Source: Lytechinus pictus (taxonomy: Eukaryota). Taken from it: a stretch of DNA of 64,000 nt. The notes under the pieces are model-generated. The model made no database searches, was not told the origin of the DNA, and was given only the letters and a program-made list of their open reading frames with translations. The stretch lies in contig NC_087246.1 in the NCBI RefSeq assembly GCF_037042905.1, positions 12,772,001 through 12,836,000 on the forward strand, read 5' to 3'. This document shows positions 47,871-61,842 of the stretch, in pieces (position 1 is the first letter of the stretch; every line of letters begins with the position of its first letter). Both the position numbers and the translations under genes were made by a program.

Positions 47871-50476
47871 CAAAATCATTGAAATATGATATTAATACTG
47901 AAAAAATCTAAAGAAAATCAAGCGATTATCTAGAATGTCAAGAAATTTGATTTATTTGTCATTCTCACGTGATATACAAGCAAGTAGAAAATAAAGGGAA
48001 AGTCATTTGCATTCCTGGAATGTCAAATATGAACAAGACAGCACAAAAGAGGCACTTTCTTTCATCAGTCATGATAAACAAAATTTGAAATAAAGCAAGC
48101 GATAAATATATAACACCAATAGCTCTCGTCAGCCAATAGACCTGCTTTAAATTTGTAAGCCGATATCCCTTAAAATCTACTGGTCTATCTCGAACTCCCT
48201 CATGTTCCTTTGGGAACGTAATCAATCTTAGGACAAAGGATGTCCCATCAATCACAAGTTGATTGGATTAAACGGATATACACGAACTGATTGTATGATA
48301 AACCCCTCGACTACAACCGTTTCCAGATCAGTGTCACAAACATATATTATACTCGGTTTAATATACTTACAAAGGTGTACCTAGTTTTCATAGTTAAAGG
48401 CTAAATCTCGGGTTAAAATAATGGGTAGCAAAATATGTGAAAGTAAAAGTAATATCTCTTTGATCACTTTAAACCGGACTACTAGGACTCAGACCACAGA
48501 GCTTACAATATTGATTACATATATCGTACGAATGATTATATATAATCATTATTCATATAATCAAACGGAAAAAGCAATCAATGTTAAGCTTTGTGTAATG
48601 GTGTCCTGATTTCATATTAAAATGGTAAAGAAAAATATTATTCCAAAGTAGTTTTGAATATTGGATGTCCTATAACCATGATAACAATGAACAATATTCA
48701 AAGCACATGTCAAAACACGAAATATACAATCACCGTGAGGCATTGTTATATTTGATATATACTCTTTATCGTAAATCTTTATAGCTTTGGTCGTAATCTT
48801 GGATGGAATATGGCTTTTTAGCATATTCATATAAAGTCTGTTTGTCTGCTTGCGAACTACCAAATTTGAAAAACAAAGTTTCTTGTCACATGCATTTAAA
48901 GAAAGTGGGACTATACCTTTACCAATTTTATTGACTCAATGATAAGTTATTGTATTTAAAAAATAATCATTCTACGTCTATTTTGCAACTCTAGCTAATG
49001 CCATTTAAATTAATAAATTTTGAATCCTACTGGCTCGGCATAATCTAGTTGTTTGTTACCACGTGTTAGTTGCGAGACATTACTACATACAGGAGCAGTT
49101 GTCACCGATCATATTGGCGCATATAGCCATAGAGACTTTAATCGAAGAGGATAGTCACTTTTCCTTCTGTAAAACCCTGGTAGCAATTCAACCTTCTATT
49201 ACTTAATTACCATAAAATATTGATGCGACATGCACCGACATTGCATATATAATGAACACTTCGTCTCATTAATTTTACGATAAGGACGGAGTTTTATTGA
49301 CTTTTAGGAAAGGCGTGGAAAGTGATGAAAATAAAATAATCCATTACAGAGTGATTTATCATAACATTCAAAGTAATATATACAGCCACAGACAAGGTGA
49401 AGGCATCATCCATTCCATAATAATTTACATATCATTTGCTATCATTCTTATATGTATTGCTTTATTTTTAAAAGACAAGATAAGAATATTTGTGTTCAAT
49501 TATTATTGAAATGATTCAAAGGACATATCAAGTCATCTAGCAAAGTCTAAACGTTATATCTTACAACCCCTTAAAACAATACCATCAGCATCATTAGCCC
49601 ATTGTAGACTTTGAAAACAAATAAATATAATCCAATTTTACTCACTATATCGCTCTTGTCATCTCTGAATATATGAAATGACTAGATGAAGCAATTTGAG
49701 TAATCAATTAGATCGCAAGGCTCATCCACTAAATTGTGCAAATCCTGTTATAAAATTTACTAGAATTCTAGTTTTGAAAATATGGTAATTTTGAATGGAA
49801 TCATGACAATTCGACCGGAACAGACAACTCTTAAAATGGGGAGAGTCTGAATTAGTTAAAGCCATTTTATATAGTATATCATAATCTAGCTATTTGACTA
49901 GAAATGTGAAAAATGAGATAGGAAAGGATTCAATTCTCTCAAGGTTCGATGATAACTTTAATTCTACAAAAACTTTGTCAATTTTGACTGGAATCATGCT
50001 AGATCTGGAAATCTTGTGAAGATAAGGAATGAGACGTATTATTTTTTTACTGTGCATAAATACGATGTAAACTAAGAGTTACCAACGACTTTTTGCGATA
50101 TCATAAATTAACATATAATATATACATTATCATGTTTCATTGCGCGTTATCTCAAGCACGCAATCCAAACAAAATATTCAATAAGATCACTCAACAAGTC
50201 AGGTTCGTTACTATGTCAGTGTATAACTATAATTTTGTTCTGAGTTCTTGAAGCAAGAAACTATCATGAAACAACGTCCAAACCCGATTGGTATAATAAA
50301 AAAGACTTTTGTAAATAAATCTTTTTATGAGGAGGATAGGCCTGTATCCTCTTTTAGATGCGTCATCGGATATCGAAACTGCGTCTTAATATTATAAATT
50401 TTAGACGTGAAGAAAACATCATATATCCATACTTCCTAAATAAATATACCAAACCGATTTTATATCAATATGTTTA

Positions 50477-50756
50477 CACTGTTAAAAAACCCTGATTTTA
50501 CAGAAAAAAATAAGATTTTGCAGAAAGCAATAACAGAATCATTCCGTAAATTCATAAAACAGGAATTTTTCTGCAATTTGACAGAACAGGTCTGTTTAAA
50601 AAGGGGAAAAGAGTGTTTTATTTAAGGAAATTTGGAAGATTCCATACACCAAATACCAATTTCCTGTAAGATTACGTAATCTGGTAAGATTACAGGTGTT
50701 CTCGAGGCTCTGCTGCTGGAACTTCTTTTATTTTAAGGATAAATTTTCTAACAGTG
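50477..50756. mobile_element. 280-bp MITE with TA target duplication
   Basis: TA|CACTGTTAAAAAA ... TTTTCTAACAGTG|TA. Confidence 0.75.
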
Positions 50757-53700
50757 TATAAAAAAAGAATGCATGCATAAATCTCGATGCATAAAACCTA
50801 TATCAATAATGCTAGGAGATACAAGCTCATACAGTTACCGGCCCATCATCAATTTGACTAGAATTTTGTAATTTCTTATCTAAAAAAAATAAAACAATAG
50901 CTGACAATTTAATCACACTCTGACTCAAGAACATTACATTTTGTTGATCACTGTGAATTCCTATGAAAAGTGCACGTGTCATATTTTAAGAGCTTTAATG
51001 ATTAGTCATTATTGCAAATTATGAATAAAAAAAAAATGAGCGAAAACCATGAAGCAGCTCTCTGATCGCAAGTGACGTATTCTTCTATGATCTTTTGATG
51101 CGAGCAATATACTTTTAAGCATTAGTATGATGAACCGTAGTGCTGAATCATGCTATAATAGGCACTTAAAACTATATAGCGCACATATCCACCTATACAC
51201 CTAACATAGGTGGCGATTATGTTCAGTTTTGTGCGAACAGGCCTCACTCCAATGCTGTCGGGAGAGAAAGTCACGGAAATTAATTTTGCAATCAAACTAA
51301 TGTATTTGCCAATCCCAAAGCTGAACCTATGCCATTAAGTTTATTGTTTGGTGATTCGTGCAAATATTGTGCCACCTTACGACACGATTTCCCCATTGCC
51401 CTATGTGGGTAGGTCATATGGGTACAACCAGTGTAGTGGGATACTTTTCTACTCCCCAGCCCAGGTAGTGGAGATAAAGTCCAAACTTGAACTATTTCGT
51501 ATCTATTGGGAAAAAACTCAAACACAGGTTTAATATAATACTTTATAATTATGAACAAGAGGTGTAATCATCTCATACGTGAAGTTCCGTTATACTCGTT
51601 ACCATTGTGATTCATCTTGTTTAAAACATTGTCGTGATTTTTATGAGTGATTTGTCTGAGTCCTATGTTAGAGCATACTTTCCTTTTATGACCGGTCTTA
51701 ATGTAGACATGTATCTTAATAAAACCTTTAATTAGATCCCATTAAAAATTTCAATAGGCCTACGTAATAAATACACAAAGTATTTGAAAATACCGCTCTC
51801 TTTTATATGAATGTTTGTCAACAAATTTTCTTGTTTTATGATTTGGTTACATACTTTCTTTTCATTTTTGTAATAAGTTTTATGATGTTGTTATCTGAAA
51901 TTGCCGTTTTAGCATTTCCTTTCAAATGCTCCAAAATATGAAGAAAAAAATTTACTCAGTATGCCAAAGCATGACAAAGTACGCTATGAGTTGACACAGC
52001 AGGGTTTAAGTTTTCTCCACATGAATTGTAATTATAACGGTAATATTCATAACTTTTCTGCATGAACAGTGATTGCAGAAATTGTATAGAAAAGTATATA
52101 TGGAAAATGTTCTGCACAAAGTCCCATGTTATGCAGTTATCTTCAATGACAGAACAATTATTGTGATTAGACACTCCAAAATTAATATTTCCCCTTCAAA
52201 CTATATCCAATGAAATCAAGGGGAAAACTTACAAAGTACGCTTTTGATTGTGTCAGATTTGTTGTTGTTGTTATTTTGCTCTTCTTATTGTATCGCTAAA
52301 TTTTGTAAGTGGCCTTGTATTGTTTGTGTTATCGACAAAAAAGGTACAGAAAGCAATATTTCTTGGTCTTAGAGTTCATGTTATACAACGTTTTCAAAAG
52401 CAGAACAGTTATTTTGGAAGGAATAATCCAAGGATTTTGCTCACCAATAAAAAGCATAAAATAACTCTGTGGGGTATGAAATTTGTTCGCCGTGGTGGTT
52501 TTTCTTTCTTCTTGATTTCTGTGATTTCTCATTAAAGGACAATACCTATGCTAGTTAACAAATGGCATAATCACGGAATGAATTTCTTTTATTATTCCAT
52601 TTTAGGAGGAAGAATGGAAATTGCAATGTGAACTATAGTTTATATTTTTTAAGAAAAAAAACAACTGAGTTTGACTTCTCAGAGCAGATCTCATCAAATC
52701 GAAGGATGTGGTCTGAGGCCTTCGATGTATCATATAAGATGCTTGAAGGTCATACAGCTTCCTTATCTATTGAAACTAACTTTTTTCAAAAGACAAATAA
52801 TTTTGTAATAGTTTGGGATAATGTAAATGAGGCCAGTCTGATTTATGTCAAACTTTGTTATAAAAATGAATTCGAATTCAAATATAAAAGGTTAACACGA
52901 GATTGACATCTGTTGAAATCTAATTTAAAAAAAATAGAGGCATATACAGGCTATATTAGATGACTTCATTATTAATGAAGTTTGCTCATTGCGAATTGTT
53001 TGAGATCAGTATTCACCCCACCCCCAAACAATTGTGTAACTAAAAATATTCCAAATACAAAATCTGAACTTTTTTTGTGATTAAGAATCTATAAAGAACA
53101 TCTGAACGTCGCTTTCAACACTTCTACGCGGAATAAATTCCGGAACAGTTTCATTCTGCTATCAAAATAATCATAAGTAAGAGAATATGCACATTTCTTG
53201 TGGCTGAAGAAAAACTTACTTTCTCCTTGTAGGTTTCAAACTATATGCATGTAATCAACTACTATTTTCAATGAATAAACTAATACAACGAAATAAAATT
53301 TGAATTTAACAAATGTATACAGGGTAAGTGCATCCAACCAGAAAGTGCCAAATATATTTGATCAGCAATTAAAATTGGACACACTTATTGGATACTTAAC
53401 TGCAAACTCATTAATTTTAGGGCCGTATTCGACATTGTCTAATGAGGCTAGCCTGAAATTGATCTACCATTTTCTTATGCTGACGTAGTGCGCGATTCTA
53501 ATACTAAAGGATATAGTACCCCAAAACAGTGAGAAATGTAGCCAAAGAGAGGAGATAGGTCTATGTCCAATGGTAACCTTTATCATGTCGAAGGAAGGGG
53601 AGCTGGAACATTTTGATAATCCTTTCTCTCTCTCTCTCTCTTTTTGCTACATATTTTACATATCTTATCGTGAAGAAACCGATTTATATATCTCCTTCTT

Positions 53701-54306
53701 TCAATCCAAGTGCTCTTTGGTAAACGTTTTTTTTTAGATTTCGAGATTCTTTACATCATTGTACACCTTAAATACCAAATTGCCCCACTATTTTTCTAGC
53801 TAACCTCCGATAACATTCTTGAAACCATCCATCCCCTTAACAAAGTCCACCTCCACAAATTAGTTAACCGCTATATTGACGTAAGAATCCTTGGATTTTT
53901 TAACGGCTTCTGCGATTAAGATAATTGTCATATTCAAGATAAACAAATGGAAACGTTTGTACTTATCATTATGAAAAATAAGCATATTTAAGTTCACAAA
54001 AAGAAATACATAAGAAAACGAGGGAATTGCCGCAGAAATATTCTAACACATGCCTTCAAACCTGGTGATGATGTATGTCGTTTACCCTCTTCTACGGTAT
54101 AAATAATTCTGAACATTCACTCTCTAATACCTTCAACCGTATAATGTTTAATTGAAAAACTGTAGAGGGGATAAACTATACATGTCAAATGATATCAAAA
54201 CCTGTATGATTAATATGACATTTAGAGGCGCTACGGAGACGGGGGAATTTATTATTGGTTATGCATGTCGATACTACGATCACTGTTGCTTTGCTGTTAT
54301 TATGTT

Positions 54307-54463
54307 CAGGGGCCGCGGACCGGTTTTGAAAATGAAGGGCTGACCATACCAAAAGTACAATCTGCAGGGTGGTCAATTTTATGTTTTGTACACGGTTTTG
54401 GAAAAAATGGCGGAGGGAGGGGGGGGGGGGGGCTTTAGCCCCCCTCCCGTTCTGCAGCCCTTG
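54307..54463. mobile_element. Short hAT-like MITE remnant
   Basis: Imperfect TIRs CAGGGGCCGCGGA / TCTGCAGCCCTTG, poly-G tract. Confidence 0.45.
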
Positions 54464-57400
54464 ATGTTTTATTGCTTAGTAAAAAAAGGTGACTTAATGG
54501 CAGTTAAATTCAACCACTCCTATCTGTTGTATACTGCGGTGTGATTTTTCTAACAACAAATAGAACGTAAAAATTTAAATCTTTATATTTTGATTATGTT
54601 TATGTCAATAAAAACTATCAAATTTTAGTTTTGACCTCAATGAACAGAATTCCAATTTAAGCATTTTACATACTGCGGTGTGCATTGTCATTCAAACCAC
54701 ATGCAGTGCGGTAAAACAACGAAGAGAATAATTATTAAATACTATAGATCGCTTAGATCTGATTTTTTATCACGTACTACTTGTATTCATCGGAGGATTG
54801 ATTTTGAATAGAAATTGAGATTAATATTACGATCACATACACACTTTTCGCCGTTATGAAACCATAGGCATGATGAAATAAAAAAGGTCTATCTTATATA
54901 ATGACTATCCTCGGCGTAATCTAATGTGGTTACGCAAATGTTTTTCCCTCTACCGAGCACTTAAGATGTCACGGTGAGAGATAAACTCAATATTTCTTTA
55001 TTACATTAGGATGTAAATAGATTCATCAAAACAGGGCATAGAAAACACTGAAAACATACTACCAACAGGGAATTTGAATAATGGTTAATTCGGCCTACAT
55101 GTATCATATTTCCCAAATTGTCGTGTGTCATTGGTATATAGGACCGGTTATCAAGATCTCAACTGAATACTAAATATTTGTCCCATTAACAGAAAACTCA
55201 CGTAATGTCGGCTGAAAACGCCAAGGGAAGTATGCAAATTAAGATGCGCACGTTTCAATATGTATGTGTCTGTTTTTCAAATTTCATCTCCCTGATACCG
55301 TTTAACTTACTGTCAACATGGTGTAATACTTTTCCTATAAATCATGGCACAATTTATTTTTTTTATCTACTTTGCCTGCATGTATTTGTTTTGTTATTTT
55401 TTACCATTTATATTGCCTATCTATCTATTTATTAGTAGTTTTTTTTTCTCATTTTGTCATTATTTTGCAAGATATGAAAGGTAGAAAAAAGACCATTCAA
55501 TGACTTGTCACGATTCATTATAATCAATTGCACGTCGAAAAACTGATGTGTGTGTATTCGTACAAGACGCATAGAGACTCTATGGTAACACGACTACGGT
55601 ATATAGGCATGCGCAGTGGCGTAATGACCCAAAATTTGGGGGCCACGTGGTGTCTGTGGGGCAAGCTTAAAGTCGTAGTTTTTTGCCTTTTTAAGACGAA
55701 AATCTCGTTTTGTGATAGATTTTGACATAATATTCAATAAATAATGTCATATTATTTTTACCTTTTCCTTTTCTATTCCTTCCTTGTCTCCCCCACGGTT
55801 TCGGACTTTTATGGGGAGCCATGGCCCCAGCTCCTGCCAGTGGGCGTGTGTGCACATTCATAATGGGTGCGTGCGCATGAGTATGAGTTCTGTTAATACT
55901 GTCAACTTACCTTATTTCTACAAATTCGATTATTCGAAGGGAAACATGATATTGTGCAAACTGCTATGTATAAAACGATTAAACTCCTAATCACATTTGG
56001 ATTGTATTTCTTCAAAATGAAAATCGTACATCCACAATATTCACTCTAATCGTAATCAGATGAAAGTAGGTCGACTCACCATGTTAATTTGGCTGTCAAC
56101 GATTCTAATCAACCACTATTCTCTCCAAAGATTCATAATTAGGCTTCCAATTACCTCAGCATCATGCATGATCAGCACATTTGAATGCTAATTGACCATT
56201 GCCACGGGCATGATGGAGATGTATTGGATGCTATAACCCGATTTCTCTCCAATCAAGGGATCATTGTACCCAGCAAAATACAAAGTCGATGGGTAAAAGA
56301 TAAGGACGCAATTATCATCTTGTGTAGAGATATAGTCGAAAATACGGTGTATTCGTCAGATTCATTGTGTGTGTACAATAGGGAGCTTGGTTAAAACCTA
56401 ATTCATCGCAACAACGACAAATTGTCGAGAAAACGTGTAATATATGCCTATAACGATTAATATTAATAAAAAAGCTACGAAAATTAAAATGAAATAAAAT
56501 GATTAATACATGGGCGTAATAAGTTTACATATTGAGAGGCTTAATGATGGCAGACTACATAATAATCTATTTGATAAGAAAGACTTAATCAGGTGATCTT
56601 TATCATTTAATATGATCTTAATAAAAATAAAACTCCATACATCTATTCAGATTATCCACCGATTTTAAATCTTTTGTAGCAACAACCCACTTCAAACTCA
56701 AATTAGTGATACGAAACAGCCTATTGTTCCCCTATTGTTCGAGGCAAGGCTAATCAATTCAGTGCGATCCTTTATAATTATAGATTCTCTCGAGAATGCA
56801 GCGCAGTATTATGCGATAGCAATGTATCTAGACGAGTCAAGGCTGCGTGTAATACCAAAAATAATACGGAATTGCAATTATGATGTATAAATATTTGACA
56901 GGACCCTCTCGGTGTAATTGCAATAGCAACTACGCGTACTTTCTGATGTAAGCGTATAGCTGGGGCTCAGGAGTTACGCGGCTCCGTTCATTGTTGATGC
57001 CGATCATTTTTTTTTTGGCAGAAGGTGATTGGTTCTGCAGAACCAATGGGCTTTCAACTAATCTCTTTATATTTCCAGCCTATGAAATAATTTCGATTAA
57101 TTGTTCTTTGTGTCAGTAATACAGGGATTTTTGAACTATTTTGCCACAGTTGATTTGAATTTACTTTTTTTTTAATCTGTCAATGAAACAATGACTGAAT
57201 CAAATCGAGTGTTATCATACCGAAATGAGTGCTCGTACTACGCACTAACTGACTTTTACATTTTCTTTACACATTACATCCCATGTCTTTTACCAGTCAC
57301 AAACTAGACAGGAGAAAACGCCCTACCTCCTGAAAATGTTTCAATATGAATGCAGAATCATAGCAAAATCATAATTGATTTATACAATAGACCTAGATAC

Positions 57401-60076
57401 TCAAGGACTTTTTTGTAGTGTAACCATTCCAGTATATGATATGTAGTATCTCTCGTTGCTATGGTAACATAATTAGACGTCTGTTGAATTGGCGCGAAAG
57501 TTCCAATCACATAAACTGTTAAAAACAATTATAAGACTCAAACTTTATGATTATCTTTAAAAAGGCAGTAACAATGTTAGAAAGAAGGCAACGTTGAAAG
57601 GACAGTACATTTAGCATTAACTACAATTAATACAATTTTGTTTATAAAATGTCAATTCTTCGCTGTTAGCATGATGGGTTAACTTCTAGACAATAAAAGT
57701 AAATTTCAAAATTTTGTCAGAGATAGTAAATAAACTACAAATCTTAGAATTAGTCTTCCTTGTTTTAAAGATATGTTTGACTAATCATTTTTCAAATTGT
57801 GGGCAACAAGAACAAAAGACTTCTGCCATGCCTGAAAACAATAATCTAAGAATAATAATAACTCTTTTTATGGAAGATTCTGGAGGCGAAGTCTCTGATA
57901 GGACTTCCTAGGAAAGCTTCTAAAACAGGAAACGAAAAGAGAAAGTCCTTTTAATACTGCTATAAACAACATCCATGGATCATATAGTACACCACGCATA
58001 TCCGTAAATACCCTGGGCCAAGGCCCATTTACAGTGAGTCCATCTTAATAATTAAGAACCCATTCATACAAAATCAGATGTTACGTTTCCATGACAACTA
58101 AAAGAATCAGAATTGGAATATGCACTGACTGGGAACTAAATGGGCTTGCAATATTCTGTTACTACTATTGGCAGGGTTGTAAAATAACATCCCCATATAG
58201 GCAGCGCAGTTAGATATCAATTTTCTGGATGTAAATGTGTTCTAATGAACCTTACCATCTTAAGATGAAACCGTCCATCCGAATATCTAACGTGTCTACC
58301 AATATTGGATTAAATTGGAACATGCATGTTGGTTGGGTAAAAAAGATAACAAATATTTTATAAATTTTACGCAATGTTGCGTTCAAATAGCAAAAAATGT
58401 GGTGAATAAAAAACCCGGCAAACATGCTTGTTGCCTTTATTGGGTAAATTTTTACTCAGTGTTTTTAGAGTGTAGTATGCATTAGATTTATCCGGATAAA
58501 GACTTATTATGCTCAGTCGGTTCGACTTACCTACACCCTCTGGCCAATATCCAACTGAAGTTAATTGTTCTTCAGGCTACCGCGTTGTTTTCGTATAAAT
58601 GGAAGTAAAGTAATGAAAACATGTTATGTTTACTAAGATCGTATATCGCATTCAATGACCTCTCGAAGTAATAGAACCATTCACAATCTCCTCATGGCAA
58701 TCTGTCATCCGTGTTACCGATATTATATATTGAAGATTTACTCATTTCATAATTACAACTCTGATATTTTTCACCAATAATTTACCCAGCCCACACTCAC
58801 TGCTTCTGTGAGGTAATATAAGTTCTTGATTGAAAGAACCTGTTCATCTTATAACAGCCATACTTGTGGATCATTACTGACGGACCTTTACTCAATCAGC
58901 TAATCAGATGCAAGGATTTGCATTTAAATATCACTTTATGAAATACTTCACTGGTTACAAGTCAAATTGTCGTAAGTTTGATAAGAATATTATTGATAAT
59001 ATTATATAAACCCCAAAATGTTCACAGTGTGATGCTGTAATCAATTACGACGTGAGGTGAACTCGTGCGTATGTGGTATTCATCAGATTAAAAGGATGAT
59101 TTTAGGTATATAACAAAGTTTGGACTTGGCATCCTGCATGTTAGCCAGAGGATTTCCGGACATAGCAACATCAGATGTAAGCAAAGAGTAAGCTTACATT
59201 ACACGTAGTGTTATTATTGAAAATAGGTCAATGCATTGGGATATAAAATGTAATAAAGAAAAGAGTTAATACCTCAATACGACGTTTCAAGATAATAACA
59301 TCCATTATTGATACTAAGCCCAAGTAGGTAGACCTAATTGGCATGCATTTGCTTGCCTTTATTGGATAAATACTAATAATGCAATCCCTTAAGAAATTGA
59401 ATGATTTCGTGGGCATCACAAACTTTTACTTTTCATCGGTGAAAACTAGCAAATGAAAAGATGAATACTTCTTACCAAAACACTACCATGATTACGTGCA
59501 TAATTCAGTGTAATAGACAGAATATTTCAAGCATGATCAAGAAGAAAACTTGATGATACTTGACAACAGATGCAAATTGAAAAACTTTTCGGTGATAACT
59601 CACAGTCCTTCATTTTCAAATAGTGAAGGAATGTTACAGTTTATAAATGCTGATGACGTCTTGCTGCGGTGACATATAATTTGATTGCATCATTGCATTA
59701 TCTACAAATTTAAAGAGGTGAAAGACATTCATAATCTCCAGAAGGCTTTAGGGTTGCCTCGGGACGACAAACATCAGATCGTCGCTCACAGCTCAACTCG
59801 CACTACGTTATTCCCTATCCTTCGTCGGATTTACTTCACCTATTCATAATTGTGCTTCCAATGGACAACATCACCGAATATCAAAGAAACAAAAACTTCA
59901 GTGATGCTCTTTAATGTTGTAGTTTTAAACGACAATGTGCTGAATTTACATCACATTGCATTATGCATTTCATCAGCCACAATCCCATGCGATGCTTGTT
60001 TCCCAAAACAAACTATCCTCAAGGTGATTATAAGATTAACCTTACACTCAAGAACACAGAACTCTAATCTCTTCGA

Positions 60077-61339
60077 TCAACTGTTGTCTCCTGGTGTCTT
60101 ATGCCATCCATATCTCTCGTGTGTTTCCACGATGGCGCGAAAACTGACCTCAGCCTCTTGTTTGTTGAATGGGACATCAGTACGAAATCCAGACTGCACG
60201 ATTCGACCGTCCCCCGCTATTAGCGTCGCACCAAGCTGCATGATGACGGCGTCGATGGTGTAGGAACTAGACCACCCTTGCGGAGTGAGCAGTTCCATGC
60301 AGATGGCACCACCATCAAGAACATAACCATATTCGACATGTGGGCTGACAACGCGGACGAACGGTGGAGAAAAGGGGAAGTTGTCAGGGAAGGTCATATT
60401 GAACAGGATGTACTCGAAGTTGTGTTTTTTCATGTCCTTGTATAGAGCCGATTTTGGATCGACGTGAAATAATTTGATATTCCAATCGGCCAGGCTATCA
60501 TTGACTAGCTCCACCTCGTATGGTGGTCCTGTTAGTTTCTCATAAGTCATGAAGCCACCATCCGATAATGCCTTTTTGACTGCCTCTGCCCCTTCCTGTG
60601 ATTGGCTTTCACTATTCTCCTTTGTGTCATCTACCGTAGATGTGGAACAACTAGTTGTAGCTTCTGTATCACTTTCAGATTTATTGTTACATTCCTTTGC
60701 AGAATCATCTTCTTTGTCGGTTTCATTTTCACTGCTCTCCAATTTCGCTTCAGATTTTTCTTTTACACATTCACTCTTCTCACCATCTTTAATGTCAACT
60801 TCCTCTTTCAATACATCTTTATTTTGGTCTATATCTATGTTTTCATTTGCACGTCGTTCCTTTTCCTCCGATTCCATTTTCCTTGCATCCTCGGTAATTT
60901 TCGTCACCGCTTTGAATTCTTTCATGAGCCTTCTCATCCTCACATTACTAACGTATGCTTTGCTGGGCTGTGGAATCCTCATTAATGTCTCTGTTGATAA
61001 TACCCTAGTGCCGTCCGCAACGTTGTATTTGAGTTCCTCCGTGCTTGCTTCCTTATCATCCGCGGTGGATACTGTCCCCGGCAGCTCAGCTTTATCCCGG
61101 AGTGCATCCCCGTAGCCATGAACATCGTCCCCTGCTCCTGAGATCGAAAATATGGTAAGGCTCCCGTTTCGAGTGATTGTCACCGAATCTTCCACCCCAC
61201 TTGTACTCATCTGTCCACCTTGATTGTTTTTGTGGCGCTTCCTGGCCAAGGCTCTAACCTTGGATCTGGCACTTCTTCGCCCACTGACGTTTTCCAGTGG
61301 CAGGCACGGGCATAGGTATTTACCAATAAATTCGGCCAT
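60077..61339 (-). CDS. UBE2QL1: Ubiquitin-conjugating enzyme E2 Q-like (UBE2QL1-like), single coding exon, 420 aa
   Basis: UBC domain matching UBE2QL1 motifs as recalled: [65 protein letters not shown] (catalytic Cys347 at 60301-60299), [18 protein letters not shown]. Orthologue versus paralogue not established. Confidence 0.88.
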   Translation of the reverse strand: MAEFIGKYLCPCLPLENVSGRRSARSKVRALARKRHKNNQGGQMSTSGVEDSVTITRNGSLTIFSISGAGDDVHGYGDALRDKAELPGTVSTADDKEASTEELKYNVADGTRVLSTETLMRIPQPSKAYVSNVRMRRLMKEFKAVTKITEDARKMESEEKERRANENIDIDQNKDVLKEEVDIKDGEKSECVKEKSEAKLESSENETDKEDDSAKECNNKSESDTEATTSCSTSTVDDTKENSESQSQEGAEAVKKALSDGGFMTYEKLTGPPYEVELVNDSLADWNIKLFHVDPKSALYKDMKKHNFEYILFNMTFPDNFPFSPPFVRVVSPHVEYGYVLDGGAICMELLTPQGWSSSYTIDAVIMQLGATLIAGDGRIVQSGFRTDVPFNKQEAEVSFRAIVETHERYGWHKTPGDNS

Positions 61340-61820
61340 TGTAAGTTGGTGTGTATGCTCCCTGATGGTCTTGCACAGACGGTTCTAAGTCAGACAGCAT
61401 GAAATAATGACATCCATAATTATTGAACCGTACTCAACAGCCCACACGACTCTGCCAAATTACACACTTCACCACCAATGCAGTATCCTTAAAAATGTAG
61501 AAATATCACATCTTTTATTTCACGTATAAAAGATGCTTACAACTGGATTCACAATAAAACTGTCATAATGATGATGGACTAGAATCTGCTTTTCGTGTCA
61601 GTAGTAAATTCTGCATGACTTAATTCACCAAACTTATGGGCGCTTAAAAAATGTTTTGTGGTATAAGCGAATCGATGAGAAGTAACAAACAAAATGTCGA
61701 TTGAAGTTTGTATGGCCTCACTTGGCAATATATACTCCGATCCAAGTTATGTACTCGGTGAAGGAGGACAAACTCCGTGCTCTCTCTTCAACCACCAGTT
61801 GCTCTGTGAGGTTTGAGGGA

Positions 61821-61842
61821 CTTATATCTCGTGTCACGTGAG
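61821..61842 (-). promoter_or_regulatory. Candidate promoter of the UBE2QL1-like gene: CLEAR-like E-box CTCACGTGAC followed by TATAAG
   Basis: Minus-strand CTCACGTGAC (61842-61833), then TATAAG (61826-61821). Plausible 5'UTR intron 61721-61385 (CAA|GTGAGG ... cttag). Confidence 0.45.

Noticed and set aside
47275-47889. His-rich and Met-rich ORFs
   Set aside because: (CAT)n microsatellite read across an N gap.
56185-56394. 69-aa plus-strand ORF with protein-like composition
   Set aside because: No recognisable domain and no convincing splice partners.
60549-61115. 188-aa and 127-aa plus-strand ORFs
   Set aside because: Antisense shadows of the E2 coding sequence, with no independent motif.
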